A DNA stretch of 64,000 nucleotides. Origin: an uncultured Gemmatimonadales bacterium. Lineage in GTDB: Bacteria > Gemmatimonadota > Gemmatimonadetes > Gemmatimonadales > Gemmatimonadaceae. Made by a program: the position numbers and the translations under genes. The notes under the pieces were generated by a model. That model saw only the letters and a program-made list of their open reading frames with translations. It had not been told where the DNA came from and made no database searches. Where the stretch lies: assembly GCA_963850905.1 (NCBI GenBank), contig CAWKMU010000003.1, positions 2,944,001 through 3,008,000 of the forward strand, read 5' to 3'. Each line of letters begins with the position of its first letter. Position 1 is the first letter of the stretch. Positions 20,169-29,697 of the stretch are shown here, piece by piece.

Positions 20169-20367
20169 CGACCCAACTCCTCCGTAAAGGTCCCGGGGGC
20201 ATGCCTAGCCCCAATATATCTTTATCGTCGCACCGCCTCCGCGGCGCCGCGTGCTCAGCGAGGTTCTCCGCCCGCTGATTCCGTCGGTGGTCATTCATAT
20301 CTTTGTGGTACCGGGGTGTCGCGTTGCGATGACGAGTGGTCCCACCCAAGAAACGAGGCGACTGCCG

Positions 20368-20985
20368 ATGGCTGTTCAGGTGCGCGACATCGTAAAGGCC
20401 GTTGACGCCGCGATCGCCTTCTACAGAATGCTGAACCGCATCGGACGGACGAGGTCACCAATCATCACTGGCATTGCGCTCGTCGCCGCGGTCTCCACCG
20501 TGTTAGGAGCGCGTCGGCACGCCGTGGCCCCAGCCCCGGCGCCGACGTGCACGCGGCCTGAGTATCACCAGTTTGACTTCTTCCTTGGCGACTGGGATGT
20601 GTACGATGTCGGCGCGTCAACCGTGAAGGCGCACAACGCCGTCACGCGCATGCTGGCCGGGTGTGCCGTGAGGGAGGTGTATCGTCGGGCAGACGGTTAC
20701 GCGGGAGAGAGCTTCAGCATGTACGACGCGCCGCGTGGTCGCTGGCACCAAAGCTGGGTCACAAATCGCGGAGAGCTGTTGCTGCTCGATGGAGGATTGA
20801 AGGATGGGACCATGGTGCTCACAGGATCTGAGGCAGCCGCAAATGGCGCTGCTTCGTTGATCCGGGGCGTCTGGCTGCCCGAGGATGACGGCTCAGTGCG
20901 CGAGACGGCGAAACGGTCGACCGACGGCGGGAAGTCGTGGACTCCCGAGTTCGACATTGTGATGCGACGAGCCGCGCGACGGTAA
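20368..20985 (+). CDS. Secreted hypothetical protein (DUF1579-like beta-barrel)
   Basis: CTRPEYHQFDFFLGDWDV, GESFSMYD, WHQSWV, STDGGKSW motifs; start uncertain (20368 or 20428). Confidence 0.7.
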   Translation: MAVQVRDIVKAVDAAIAFYRMLNRIGRTRSPIITGIALVAAVSTVLGARRHAVAPAPAPTCTRPEYHQFDFFLGDWDVYDVGASTVKAHNAVTRMLAGCAVREVYRRADGYAGESFSMYDAPRGRWHQSWVTNRGELLLLDGGLKDGTMVLTGSEAAANGAASLIRGVWLPEDDGSVRETAKRSTDGGKSWTPEFDIVMRRAARR

Positions 20986-21031
20986 GCCGACGAATTCGCC
21001 CCAGTTGCAAGCTTCCGAGATTAGCGACTGG

Positions 21032-22285
21032 TTAGAACGCCTCGTTGAGTCCCAGCCACAGACCGTGGGAGCCGTCTTTGCCCCAGCCGAAGTCGAACCG
21101 CACGTTTTGGTCGGTCACCTTGTTGAACTTGAGTCGGAGACCGAGACCGTACCCTGGATCGAGCGAACTCAATCGTTGGTCAGTCGGGTTCGCGAAACTG
21201 CTTACGTTGAGGAAGAACGCCAGTCCAATCAGGCCGTTGGCCGTCACTGGCATCCGCTCCTCGCCCTCTCCGTACACGAACTGCGACCCGCGGATCCGTC
21301 CCTGAGGGTACCCGCGTCCCACGAGGGCATTTTGGTCCCATCCGATCGCCGGCAGCTCCATGTACGGCGGACGCCCCACTGTCAACCAATCGTAGTTGCG
21401 CAGTGCCAGAATCCCCGGCCACCATTTGGCCGGATGAAGGTACATCCGCAGATCGACGACCATCGTCGCCCAGTCCGATGAGCTGCCAAGCCACGTCGGA
21501 TACCCGACAATCCTCACCCCCAAGTACGAGCCAGAAGTGGCGTTAATCGGGTTGTTGCGACTGTCATGCAGCGCGGCCACCTCAGGCCCAGTCGCGACCG
21601 TTTGCGTGACAGGCTGCCCATTGTTATAGGCGAGAAATGGTGTGACATGCCCGGCGGTGTCGGCCTTGTCATCGATGCGGACGTAGGCGTCGTAGTCATA
21701 CCCGCCGCCCACATAGAGATGCGGGCCGATTCTCTTCATCAGCGCCTGCTGGAATCGAACCAGGTCAAAATCCATGTTGCTCTGATTCGCCGTCGGCTGA
21801 ATGCCGCCGAGCCCGTACGTGGGCTGACTGGTGTTGAGGTAGCGCCAGTCAGCCTGGAAGAGCAGCCTGTTGTTGCGCGTGTAGACTGAGCCGTAGGTCT
21901 GCACGCCAAACTGTTTAAGCGCAGTGAAGAAGGCGAGGCTGCTGATGACTGACAGCGTCGTGCCGGGCGCCTGCCCCGCGCCGAACGACACCGCCGAGAC
22001 GACGCCGAGCAGCAGGCCAGTCGTGGGTGTCACGGAAATCGCGGGCAGAAGGGCAATGTGAAACCCCGCTATCTGCGCGGGCGTGATGACGGCGGTGTTA
22101 GGCGGTTTCCCAAGGATGCGCGAGATCAGATCCAGGACATCGACCTGCGGAACGCCCGAAGTCGAGTCCGCTCTTGCCGTCGTGTCCGCTGACTGAGCGG
22201 CGACACGACGGATTGGGGCGAGCGCGAGAGCGATTGCCAGGCTCGCCGCCAAGCAACGCTTTACCCAAGCGTCTAGTTCGGGCAC
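21032..22285 (-). CDS. BamA/TamA (Omp85)-like outer-membrane barrel with no evident POTRA domains
   Basis: Signal peptide; HDSRNNPINATSG, GRGYPQGRIRG lid-lock-like motif, GYGLGLR, C-terminal EAF. Confidence 0.85.
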   Translation of the reverse strand: MPELDAWVKRCLAASLAIALALAPIRRVAAQSADTTARADSTSGVPQVDVLDLISRILGKPPNTAVITPAQIAGFHIALLPAISVTPTTGLLLGVVSAVSFGAGQAPGTTLSVISSLAFFTALKQFGVQTYGSVYTRNNRLLFQADWRYLNTSQPTYGLGGIQPTANQSNMDFDLVRFQQALMKRIGPHLYVGGGYDYDAYVRIDDKADTAGHVTPFLAYNNGQPVTQTVATGPEVAALHDSRNNPINATSGSYLGVRIVGYPTWLGSSSDWATMVVDLRMYLHPAKWWPGILALRNYDWLTVGRPPYMELPAIGWDQNALVGRGYPQGRIRGSQFVYGEGEERMPVTANGLIGLAFFLNVSSFANPTDQRLSSLDPGYGLGLRLKFNKVTDQNVRFDFGWGKDGSHGLWLGLNEAF

Positions 22286-22429
22286 GAGATCTCCTGAAGC
22301 AGCTGGCGATCAGGCCGTTCGCTGCCCCTCGATCAGGGTAGGGGCTGCCGGTTGGAGCGACCAGTGCCCTTTGGGCTAGGAAAGCGCCCGCCAATCTCCA
22401 GCGCGATGCTGTGTGGGCACAGGCGCGGT

Positions 22430-23851
22430 CTAGAACGCGTAGCTGAAGGCGATCGCGGTGACGACGTTCACATAGCTCTCGTTGAGCGGCGGCAGCGCCG
22501 GGAGGCCGGCAGCAGGTGCCGCGAGCAAGTTCACGTTGTTCTCTGAACCCCACGACGTGTCGAAGCCCAGGATGAGTGCGGCGGGGCCGATCTTGCCCTG
22601 CACACCCAGATTGATGTGCCGCAGGTCCCAGTTGATGAGTGTCCCGACCGGCCTCACGCCCGGCGGGATCGACGTGAGATCTGTGCGATAAGCCAGGAAT
22701 ACATCGAAATGATTGGAGAGCTGCTGTCGAGCACCCACCCCCCAGTTGAACAGGGAGCGATACTGCGCCGTGAGCGCCATCGAGATCGGCGCACCACCGG
22801 TCTGCGGCACAAACGGCAGCGCGGGGATGATCGTGAACTTCGGCACCGCTGCGAACCACTCGGCTGACACACCGAGGTCCGTACCTCCCCAATGGTGACC
22901 GACGCCGGCACCAACGGAGAGCGCCGAATAGTATGTCGCACTCAGCTGCGACTGATAGTTCGTCGCGACCTGGGACGTAGGCGCGCCGGTGCTCACACCC
23001 TGGTCGATGTACGATTGAGTCGCGCCCACTTGTGAGCCGCCGAAGAGGTCGAGCCGGGGCGTCGTGACCGTCAACCCGGCCGACCAGCCGGCGTCCTTGT
23101 ACTGAACGCCCGCCTTGAGCAGCACCGCCCAGTTGTAGTAGGAGAAGTCGTATTCGTTGGTGCCGATCGCGCTCTCACCAGTCTCGTTGACAGCCTGTGC
23201 GCTCAGTGACTGCGAGTAGGTCTGGCTGCGCACCGCCACGAAGAGGCTCGAGCCGAATCCCCAGTGGGTGCCACTGGCTGTTGCGTAGGTGAGCCCCACC
23301 CACGTCTCACTCAGCGATTGGTTGGCCAGCACATTGCCGACCGACGAGGTGACCGGGACCGGCGGCGGCGGAGCGAAGCTGTCGAGCGGAATGGCACGGA
23401 TCTGCGCGCCGAAGTTGTACCCCTGGCGCGTCAGCAGGGAGTAGGCGAGCCGCTGCGGCGAGTCCTTCCCTCCAATGCGGATGGCGCCCGCAAACATGTT
23501 GGGCAGGGCGCTCCAGCTCGAGTTGGTGGGGATCTTCATGGGAACCTGGGCGGTCGAGAAGGAGAGCGTCGAGTACTGCAGCGCGTTGAGCGAGACAAGG
23601 AGCTGGACGTCCTTCTCGAGGCCCAGGGCGCCGGGGTTGTAAAACACGCTGCTGATGTCGTGATCGTTACCGATTACCGTGCCGCCAAGCAGCCTGGATT
23701 GGGTGCCGTACGCCGCCGCCCAATACTGGGTGTCCTGCGCGGCCAACCGCCCGGCGGAGACACCAAGTCCGAGCGCAATTGCCAACGTGAATGCGCCTCG
23801 CGTGCTGCGACAGCCCAGGGACGGCGACACGGGCTGATAGTCTAGCGACAT
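22430..23851 (-). CDS. FadL/OmpP1-like outer-membrane protein
   Basis: LLGG..IG..DISSVFYNPGAL hatch motif; amphipathic strands; C-terminal F. Confidence 0.7.
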   Translation of the reverse strand: MSLDYQPVSPSLGCRSTRGAFTLAIALGLGVSAGRLAAQDTQYWAAAYGTQSRLLGGTVIGNDHDISSVFYNPGALGLEKDVQLLVSLNALQYSTLSFSTAQVPMKIPTNSSWSALPNMFAGAIRIGGKDSPQRLAYSLLTRQGYNFGAQIRAIPLDSFAPPPPVPVTSSVGNVLANQSLSETWVGLTYATASGTHWGFGSSLFVAVRSQTYSQSLSAQAVNETGESAIGTNEYDFSYYNWAVLLKAGVQYKDAGWSAGLTVTTPRLDLFGGSQVGATQSYIDQGVSTGAPTSQVATNYQSQLSATYYSALSVGAGVGHHWGGTDLGVSAEWFAAVPKFTIIPALPFVPQTGGAPISMALTAQYRSLFNWGVGARQQLSNHFDVFLAYRTDLTSIPPGVRPVGTLINWDLRHINLGVQGKIGPAALILGFDTSWGSENNVNLLAAPAAGLPALPPLNESYVNVVTAIAFSYAF

Positions 23852-24184
23852 CGCGATCTAATCAGGATTCGCCTTTGGCCCCCCACCGGCGAGACTGCCA
23901 CGCATTCGTGCCGGCACGCTGACCGCAAGGCGACGTGGAGGTCGCTCGCTGGCGTGGTGCGCCGACCTCGAGCGGCGAACGGCTCCGGTTCAGGCGGTGG
24001 CGAGCGAGACAAGACGCTCATGCCGACCTTCTTATCCGTGGCATTTCTTAGGCATGGTCGGGCCCGCCGGGCGAGGAGGCTAGCGAGTACGAAGACCTTC
24101 GGACCCGCGCGTGATGTGAACCAAAGACGACGCGCATCGCTCGGCGACATCGACCAGTATCACAAGACCGTGTCGCTCCGCCAA

Positions 24185-24982
24185 GTGTCACGCCTCGCGG
24201 GTCTCGCGCTGGTGGCGATCGATGTGGCGTCGCTGGTGGCCCAAGGCCCTCCAATGTCGACGCGGCCGCCGGGCAAACCGGACTCCACGATTCGACCGTC
24301 GCCGACGAAATCGCAGAAGAAAGAGCCTCCGCCCTGGGTCCAGTTCCGTGCCGACCTGGGATACGTTGACGCGTCCGGCAATTCCAGTGTCGGCACGCTC
24401 AGCATCTCTGACGCCGTGCGCCTGTGGACCAGTCACTCGAACAAGGTCAGCCAGGACTTCGGCCTCACGTACGGTACGAACGAAGGCGTAGTGGAAACCA
24501 ACTTGTGGACTGCTGACCTCCAAGACGCGTATACGATCACCAAGGCCATCGGGTTGTATGGCGTCTTCTCGTTTGATCGCAATCCTTTTGCTGGCATCGA
24601 CTACCGCTTCGAGCAGGGGGTCGGCGCCGAGTTGGTCGCCGTGAACAGTGGGCGAAACCGGCTGGATTTCGACGTGGGTCCATCGTATGTGGAGCGGCGA
24701 TCGACGGCCAACGTGGAGTTGCGGTACCCTGCCGGACGAGGGGCGGTCGTATATCGGTACACGTTCGCCAAGAGTGCCTACTTCGAGCAATCAGTTGTAA
24801 CCCTTTCTGATCTCACGCGAATCGCGAACTCCCTGGTCAACTCGCAAACGATTCTCGCAGCGCCTCTCTCGAAACACGTCTCCATTAAGGCCAGATATGA
24901 AATCCGCTATTCCAGCGAGCCCCCGCCGGGTTTCAAGACGACGGACCGGATACTGACCACGAGCCTGCAGTTCAACATCTAG
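24185..24982 (+). CDS. DUF481 (YdiY-like) outer-membrane protein
   Basis: LGYVDASGNS, DRNPFAGIDYR, PPPGFKTTDRILTTSLQFN; start approximate. Confidence 0.8.
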   Translation: MSRLAGLALVAIDVASLVAQGPPMSTRPPGKPDSTIRPSPTKSQKKEPPPWVQFRADLGYVDASGNSSVGTLSISDAVRLWTSHSNKVSQDFGLTYGTNEGVVETNLWTADLQDAYTITKAIGLYGVFSFDRNPFAGIDYRFEQGVGAELVAVNSGRNRLDFDVGPSYVERRSTANVELRYPAGRGAVVYRYTFAKSAYFEQSVVTLSDLTRIANSLVNSQTILAAPLSKHVSIKARYEIRYSSEPPPGFKTTDRILTTSLQFNI

Positions 24983-24990
24983 CGGGCGGG

Positions 24991-25827
24991 TTACGGGTTT
25001 CGCGTTCCTGTGGAAGCAGCGGGCCCGCGCCGCAGAGTAAGAGCCAACGCGATGCCAAGGACAACCATGCCGATGCAGAGAAGCTGACCCATGCTGAGCG
25101 GGCCGAGGACGAACCCCAGCTGCGCGTCCGGCTCTCGTGTGAACTCGAGGAGGAAACGGGTCACGCCGTATAGGAGGAGAAACGCAGCCGTCAGCGTGCC
25201 CGGGCGATACCATCCGGAGGCATGGCTGCGCCGGTCAATCCACCAGACGATCCCGGCCACGAACAGACCCTCGCCGACGGCCTCGTAGAGTTGTGATGGA
25301 TGTCGGGGCAGCTGTGTCGGATCGGTCGGAAAGATCATTGCCCAGGGCACGTTGGTGACGCGGCCGTAGAGCTCCGCGTTGATGAAGTTCCCGATCCGAC
25401 CGAAGAACAGGCCGGGCGCTCCACATACAGCGATCGTATCGACAACACCCAGCCACGGCAGCTTCTCGCGGTGCGCGAACACAGCGCTGGCGACGGTCAT
25501 CCCGAGGATCGCTCCGTGAAACGAGAGACCGCCATGCCAGATCCGCAGCGCCTCCAACGGGTCGTGCCGGAGATCGAGGCGCCCGTAGACGAGGATGTAC
25601 ACGACGCGTGCGCCGACGAGCATGCCGATCATGGCGTAGACCAAAAGGTTGTCGATCTGCGGACGCGTGAGCAGCGAGCGGCCCCGCCGGATGCGGTGGC
25701 GTGCCAACACGTCGCCGACCATGTAGCCGATGACGTACATCACCGCGTACCACCGAATGCGGATCGGGCCGATGTGGAGGATGTCGGGCGAGATACGCGG
25801 AAAGCGGAGAGTCCGGGGCAGTAGCAA
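24991..25827 (-). CDS. lgt: Prolipoprotein diacylglyceryl transferase
   Basis: IRWY, GARVVY, IWHGGLSFHG, GRIGNFINAELYG, RHPSQLYE, EFTREPD; TTG start after AGGA. Confidence 0.95.
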   Translation of the reverse strand: MLLPRTLRFPRISPDILHIGPIRIRWYAVMYVIGYMVGDVLARHRIRRGRSLLTRPQIDNLLVYAMIGMLVGARVVYILVYGRLDLRHDPLEALRIWHGGLSFHGAILGMTVASAVFAHREKLPWLGVVDTIAVCGAPGLFFGRIGNFINAELYGRVTNVPWAMIFPTDPTQLPRHPSQLYEAVGEGLFVAGIVWWIDRRSHASGWYRPGTLTAAFLLLYGVTRFLLEFTREPDAQLGFVLGPLSMGQLLCIGMVVLGIALALTLRRGPAASTGTRNP

Positions 25828-26162
25828 CGTCAGTCCTGATATAGGGCCGCAACGCATTGTCGCCACGCGCTCGGCCACGGGGCGACTCACGGGAGGTTGT
25901 TCGGCAAGCAACACATCGGGCGTCGAGGGCGCCGGCAGAAGCTGGCATGTCAGAGCACACGACCGCAGGACTTGGAATGTACGGACGTGCATCGACGGTT
26001 GGCAGCGCGGCCAATGTGCGGTCGACGCAACGCGTCGAGTGGATCCGAACGGCCGATGAATGGTGGCGCGCCTCTTCACCGCGTCCTCGCCCGCACGTCC
26101 CGTGCGGCCACCCCCATGGCGTCACGTTCCTCGGCAGTGCACGCTCGCGACCGGCCGGTTGT

Positions 26163-26194
26163 GCGTCACAATGCCTGTGTTGTGATTGTGACGC
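26163..26194. promoter_or_regulatory. Perfect inverted repeat between divergent lgt and M23 genes
   Basis: GCGTCACAAT-N12-ATTGTGACGC. Confidence 0.5.
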
Positions 26195-26212
26195 GGCATT
26201 AGTCGTCGACGG

Positions 26213-27115
26213 ATGATGAGAGTGCCTCGCTGGACTCACCACCTCCGTCGTGTCGCGCGTGTGTCCGGGTGCACGCTCGTCGTCGTCCCCGACGGCAGTG
26301 ATGCCCCACTTACCGTTCACATCTCGGGGCGAGCGGCGCACGCGTTGGGCGTCTGCTTGGTCGTAGCGGGGGTGCTGCTCGGCGCGGCCGTTCTATCGAT
26401 TGGTCTGGATTTGACTGGCCATTCTCCGTTCGCCGCCGCTGGCGTGCGGCGCCAGGCTCGCGTGCTATCGTCGCTCCGCGCGCAGGTCCTGACACTTCGG
26501 GACACCGTGGCTCGCCTGGCCGCACGCGAGACGGAAATTCGCACGCTCGCTGGACTCGAGACGGTAGATTCCCTGATGGCCGTCGATTCGACGTCGACCG
26601 CGATGCCGGCTGGCGACATCGATGCGCTCATCGAGCGAGCGTCAACCCTGGCGACCAGATTTGCGGAGGCCTCGGCCGCGCTCCATCGCGATGTGGACCG
26701 GGCTGCCCGCACGCCGTCCATCATGCCGACGACGGGATGGCTGTCGAGTCAGTTCTCTCTGAGTCGATTCCACCCCATCCTCCACATCAACCGACCACAT
26801 GAAGGCATCGACATTGCGGCTCCCTACGGCATGCCGGTGGTCGCACCCGCCGCCGGGACGGTGTCACGGATCACGGTCCAGAATGGGTATGGGCTCGTCC
26901 TGGAACTCGACCACGGCAACGGTATCATGACGAAATACGCTCACCTGTCGCGAACATTGGTCCGCGCCGGGCAGCGGGTAATCCGAGGCGATCCGATCGC
27001 GGCTGTCGGCAACAGCGGCCTGTCCACGGGGCCACACCTGCACTATGAGGTCCACGTCAACGGGAAAGTGGTCAATCCGCTGACCTATGTGCTGCCCGAA
27101 TCGATTCCTAACTGA
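26213..27115 (+). CDS. M23-family metallopeptidase
   Basis: TM segment, coiled coil, HEGIDI and STGPHLHYEV zinc motifs. Confidence 0.93.
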   Translation: MMRVPRWTHHLRRVARVSGCTLVVVPDGSDAPLTVHISGRAAHALGVCLVVAGVLLGAAVLSIGLDLTGHSPFAAAGVRRQARVLSSLRAQVLTLRDTVARLAARETEIRTLAGLETVDSLMAVDSTSTAMPAGDIDALIERASTLATRFAEASAALHRDVDRAARTPSIMPTTGWLSSQFSLSRFHPILHINRPHEGIDIAAPYGMPVVAPAAGTVSRITVQNGYGLVLELDHGNGIMTKYAHLSRTLVRAGQRVIRGDPIAAVGNSGLSTGPHLHYEVHVNGKVVNPLTYVLPESIPN

Positions 27116-27147
27116 GCGCCGCTAGGCGAGTCAGCCACGCGGCGGGT

Positions 27148-27900
27148 TCAGGCGAAGCGTGCGGCGACCGCGGTTGCCGCGAGCGCGAGGGCGGCGAGTC
27201 CCAGCCGTCGGACCCGATCAGCACGCGACGGGGCGTCCAGGATCGCGCTCGGCGCAACAGACACAGCGATGTAGAGAAATGTCCCGGCGGCGACGGGGAG
27301 CAGGGTCGTGGCGGCGCCGGCCGTGCGCGCGCCAATGCGGAGCGTGAGTGCCGCGCTCGCCACAGCGGCAATTCCGGTGAGCCCGTTATACCACACGGCC
27401 CGCCGCACGGACAGGCCGCCGTGCATGAACACCCCGAAGCTGCCGAGCTCGCGCGGGATCTCATGCAGCACGATCGCGAGCGTCGTCACGACGCCAACGG
27501 TCGGCGTGGTCAGAAACGCGGCGGCGATGATGCTGCCGTCGACGGCATTGTGCAGGACATCGCCGATGAAGTTGAGCGCGACGATCGGATGGGTCGGGCG
27601 AGGCGAGTGGCGGGCGTCCTGGCTCTGGGCTGCACGGTGGAGTCCCCGTTCCAGCAGCCAGAACCCGGCGAACCCCGCCACGACGCCGGCGGCGATCACG
27701 CCATACCCAGCGTGACGTGCGATGGCTTCCGGGATCAGCTCGAAGAGCGCGCCGCCGGCGACCGCGCCCGCGGCGAGGCTCGTCAAGAGGGGCACCCACG
27801 CCCGCACGCGCCGCTCGTCGACGCCGAGAGTCAGGAGCCCAAGCAGCGAGAGTGCGCTGACGCCGACGACGGCGAGGCCAGTGTTTACGGCGGCTGACAC
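27148..27900 (-). CDS. ZIP-family divalent metal transporter
   Basis: HNAVDG and HEIPRELG signatures, AAGTFLYIA; GGAGG RBS. Confidence 0.92.
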   Translation of the reverse strand: MSAAVNTGLAVVGVSALSLLGLLTLGVDERRVRAWVPLLTSLAAGAVAGGALFELIPEAIARHAGYGVIAAGVVAGFAGFWLLERGLHRAAQSQDARHSPRPTHPIVALNFIGDVLHNAVDGSIIAAAFLTTPTVGVVTTLAIVLHEIPRELGSFGVFMHGGLSVRRAVWYNGLTGIAAVASAALTLRIGARTAGAATTLLPVAAGTFLYIAVSVAPSAILDAPSRADRVRRLGLAALALAATAVAARFA

Positions 27901-27934
27901 CCGCCTCCAGCCCGCGTGGTCACGGTGACATCGA

Positions 27935-28040
27935 CGAGGGATTCACTGCGTCGGACGGTCGCCGGATTGGCGCCGGTTGGCAACCCGACAGCGACGAACG
28001 GTCCGCCATGTCCGATAAACGGGCATTGGGCTCCCCTCTG
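27935..28040 (-). promoter_or_regulatory. Possible degenerate yybP-ykoY (Mn2+)-like leader RNA
   Basis: Minus strand order GAGGGGAG...CGTCGCTGTCGGG..CCGG...GCAGTGAATCCC; several consensus positions differ. Confidence 0.3.
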
Positions 28041-28430
28041 ACACGCGTACGTCGGGTGGCCCGGGGTCCCTGCATTTGGCCGCGAGCCCGCACCGTCTAC
28101 CTAGGCTATCCGCCGGTCGTGCGGCAAATGCGTTCGTTCATTGGATTCGCCTAGGCGACTTGATCGCTGGACGGCACGCATTCATGACCCGCATCCGCAC
28201 ACCGGGATGCGCAGCGATCGGCGGGCGCTCATGAGGGAGAGCGCCTGCAAGCGACCACGCAACTAGAACCTGTTACGTTGGGCCTTTTGCATGTCGATAG
28301 CGGTCCGCCTCCCGCAGCTTGTGTCGCTCGCTCCTCATTCAGGCCGCTCAATCAAAGCGTGAGCCGATCGCGTGTAGGAGGCGTAGCGCGGCGCAGCCAG
28401 CACTCCGGCGGTGGCGGCGCGTCGGCGTCA

Positions 28431-29384
28431 ATGGTGCCTCGCGTGTGGGCAGCGGCATCTCGCGCCGCAACTGCGACGGCCCTGGTCGCTGCGGGGTCGG
28501 CAGTGGCCTGGATCCTGTGGCGCAGCCGGGTCGACAACACCGTTGGGTACGAAGGAAAGAGCGCGGCGGACTGGGTTTCGGCGAGCGCGGCGCGAGACCC
28601 CGCGACCAGGGCCAAAGCCGCCTACGCCCTGACGCAGGTCACGTTCCCAACACTTGCTGAACGGCGCGCGGCGCTCACGGCGGAGGCTCACCTTCTGAGC
28701 GATGCCGAAGATGATGTTCGGAGCGAAGCCACGAATGCCCTAATCGACGTTGCGCAAAAGGATGTGGACGCTGCCAGCGTCGTCTCGATCACGGCTGAAT
28801 ACCTGCGAGGCGGCACACCGCCTGACACGCGCGTTGCAGCGCTTCGGGTGCTGCGGGCAATTGGACGTCCGGCCAGAGTCGCCGAACCCACGATTGCCGA
28901 TCTCCTCTACGCGTCATCTTCCTCCATTCGCGCTGCCGCGATCGTCACCCTGGCCAATGTTGGAGCCAGCGACTCTGGAACGATCTCGGCAGTGGCAAGC
29001 ATGGTCAGTGATCACGACAGTCCCGTACGGGAGGCGGCGCTGAGTGGCTTGATGCAGCTCGAGGCGGCTGCCTCCGTTGTGCTGCCAGTCGTGATCCCAG
29101 CGCTGGCCGATAGCGCGCCGTCCGTGCGCGAGCAGGCCGCGTACACCCTCGGCGCCCTGCGTCCGGTGCCGGACGCCGCCATCCCTCCCCTGGGTCGCGT
29201 CCTCCGGGATCCCGTGTGGGGCGTTCGTCTCGCGGCCGCCGATGCGCTCGGCCATGCGCTGCCGGCCGAAGCCGCGCGCGACGCGCTCGAGCGGGCTGCT
29301 CGAGATCCCGACTCCGCTGTGGGTGCATCGGCTCGCTCGGTGCTCGTCCGCTCCGGAGCGATACCTCCCGGCTCCAGCCAGTGA
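28431..29384 (+). CDS. Membrane-anchored HEAT-repeat protein
   Basis: N-terminal hydrophobic helix; repeats such as LSDAEDDVRSEA, LADSAPSVREQAAYTLG, LRDPVWGVRLAAADALG; start uncertain. Confidence 0.85.
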   Translation: MVPRVWAAASRAATATALVAAGSAVAWILWRSRVDNTVGYEGKSAADWVSASAARDPATRAKAAYALTQVTFPTLAERRAALTAEAHLLSDAEDDVRSEATNALIDVAQKDVDAASVVSITAEYLRGGTPPDTRVAALRVLRAIGRPARVAEPTIADLLYASSSSIRAAAIVTLANVGASDSGTISAVASMVSDHDSPVREAALSGLMQLEAAASVVLPVVIPALADSAPSVREQAAYTLGALRPVPDAAIPPLGRVLRDPVWGVRLAAADALGHALPAEAARDALERAARDPDSAVGASARSVLVRSGAIPPGSSQ

Positions 29385-29449
29385 TGGTGCGGGGCGACCG
29401 TTCGTTGGAAATAAAGGCAGCTTTCGTCCGTCGGGACTACTTCGCTCAA

Positions 29450-29680
29450 GTGGCAGTTGCTGGGCAGCGACCTCGGCGCCTTCGTAGAGACGGCGCGGAT
29501 CGCGCATCGGTGCCGGGCGACCATTCGTTTCAACTTTATCGGAACCCTGTCTGTCGATGCCTTGGGCGTGGCCCTCGCCGCCTTTGGCCGTCTCAATCCG
29601 CTCATGGCCACGTTCATCCACGTGACCTCTGAGCTCACCTGCATTCTGAACTCAGCCCGGCTCCTCCCCTCGGCCCCGCC
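29450..29680 (+). pseudogene. C-terminal remnant of a heavy-metal P1B-type ATPase
   Basis: LLGSDL...ARIAHRCRATIRFNF...LAAFGRLNPLMATFIHVTSELTCILNSARLL matches the last two TM helices; no DKTGT or GDGxND region upstream. Confidence 0.85.
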
Positions 29681-29697
29681 TTCGGCGTCGACGTCGG

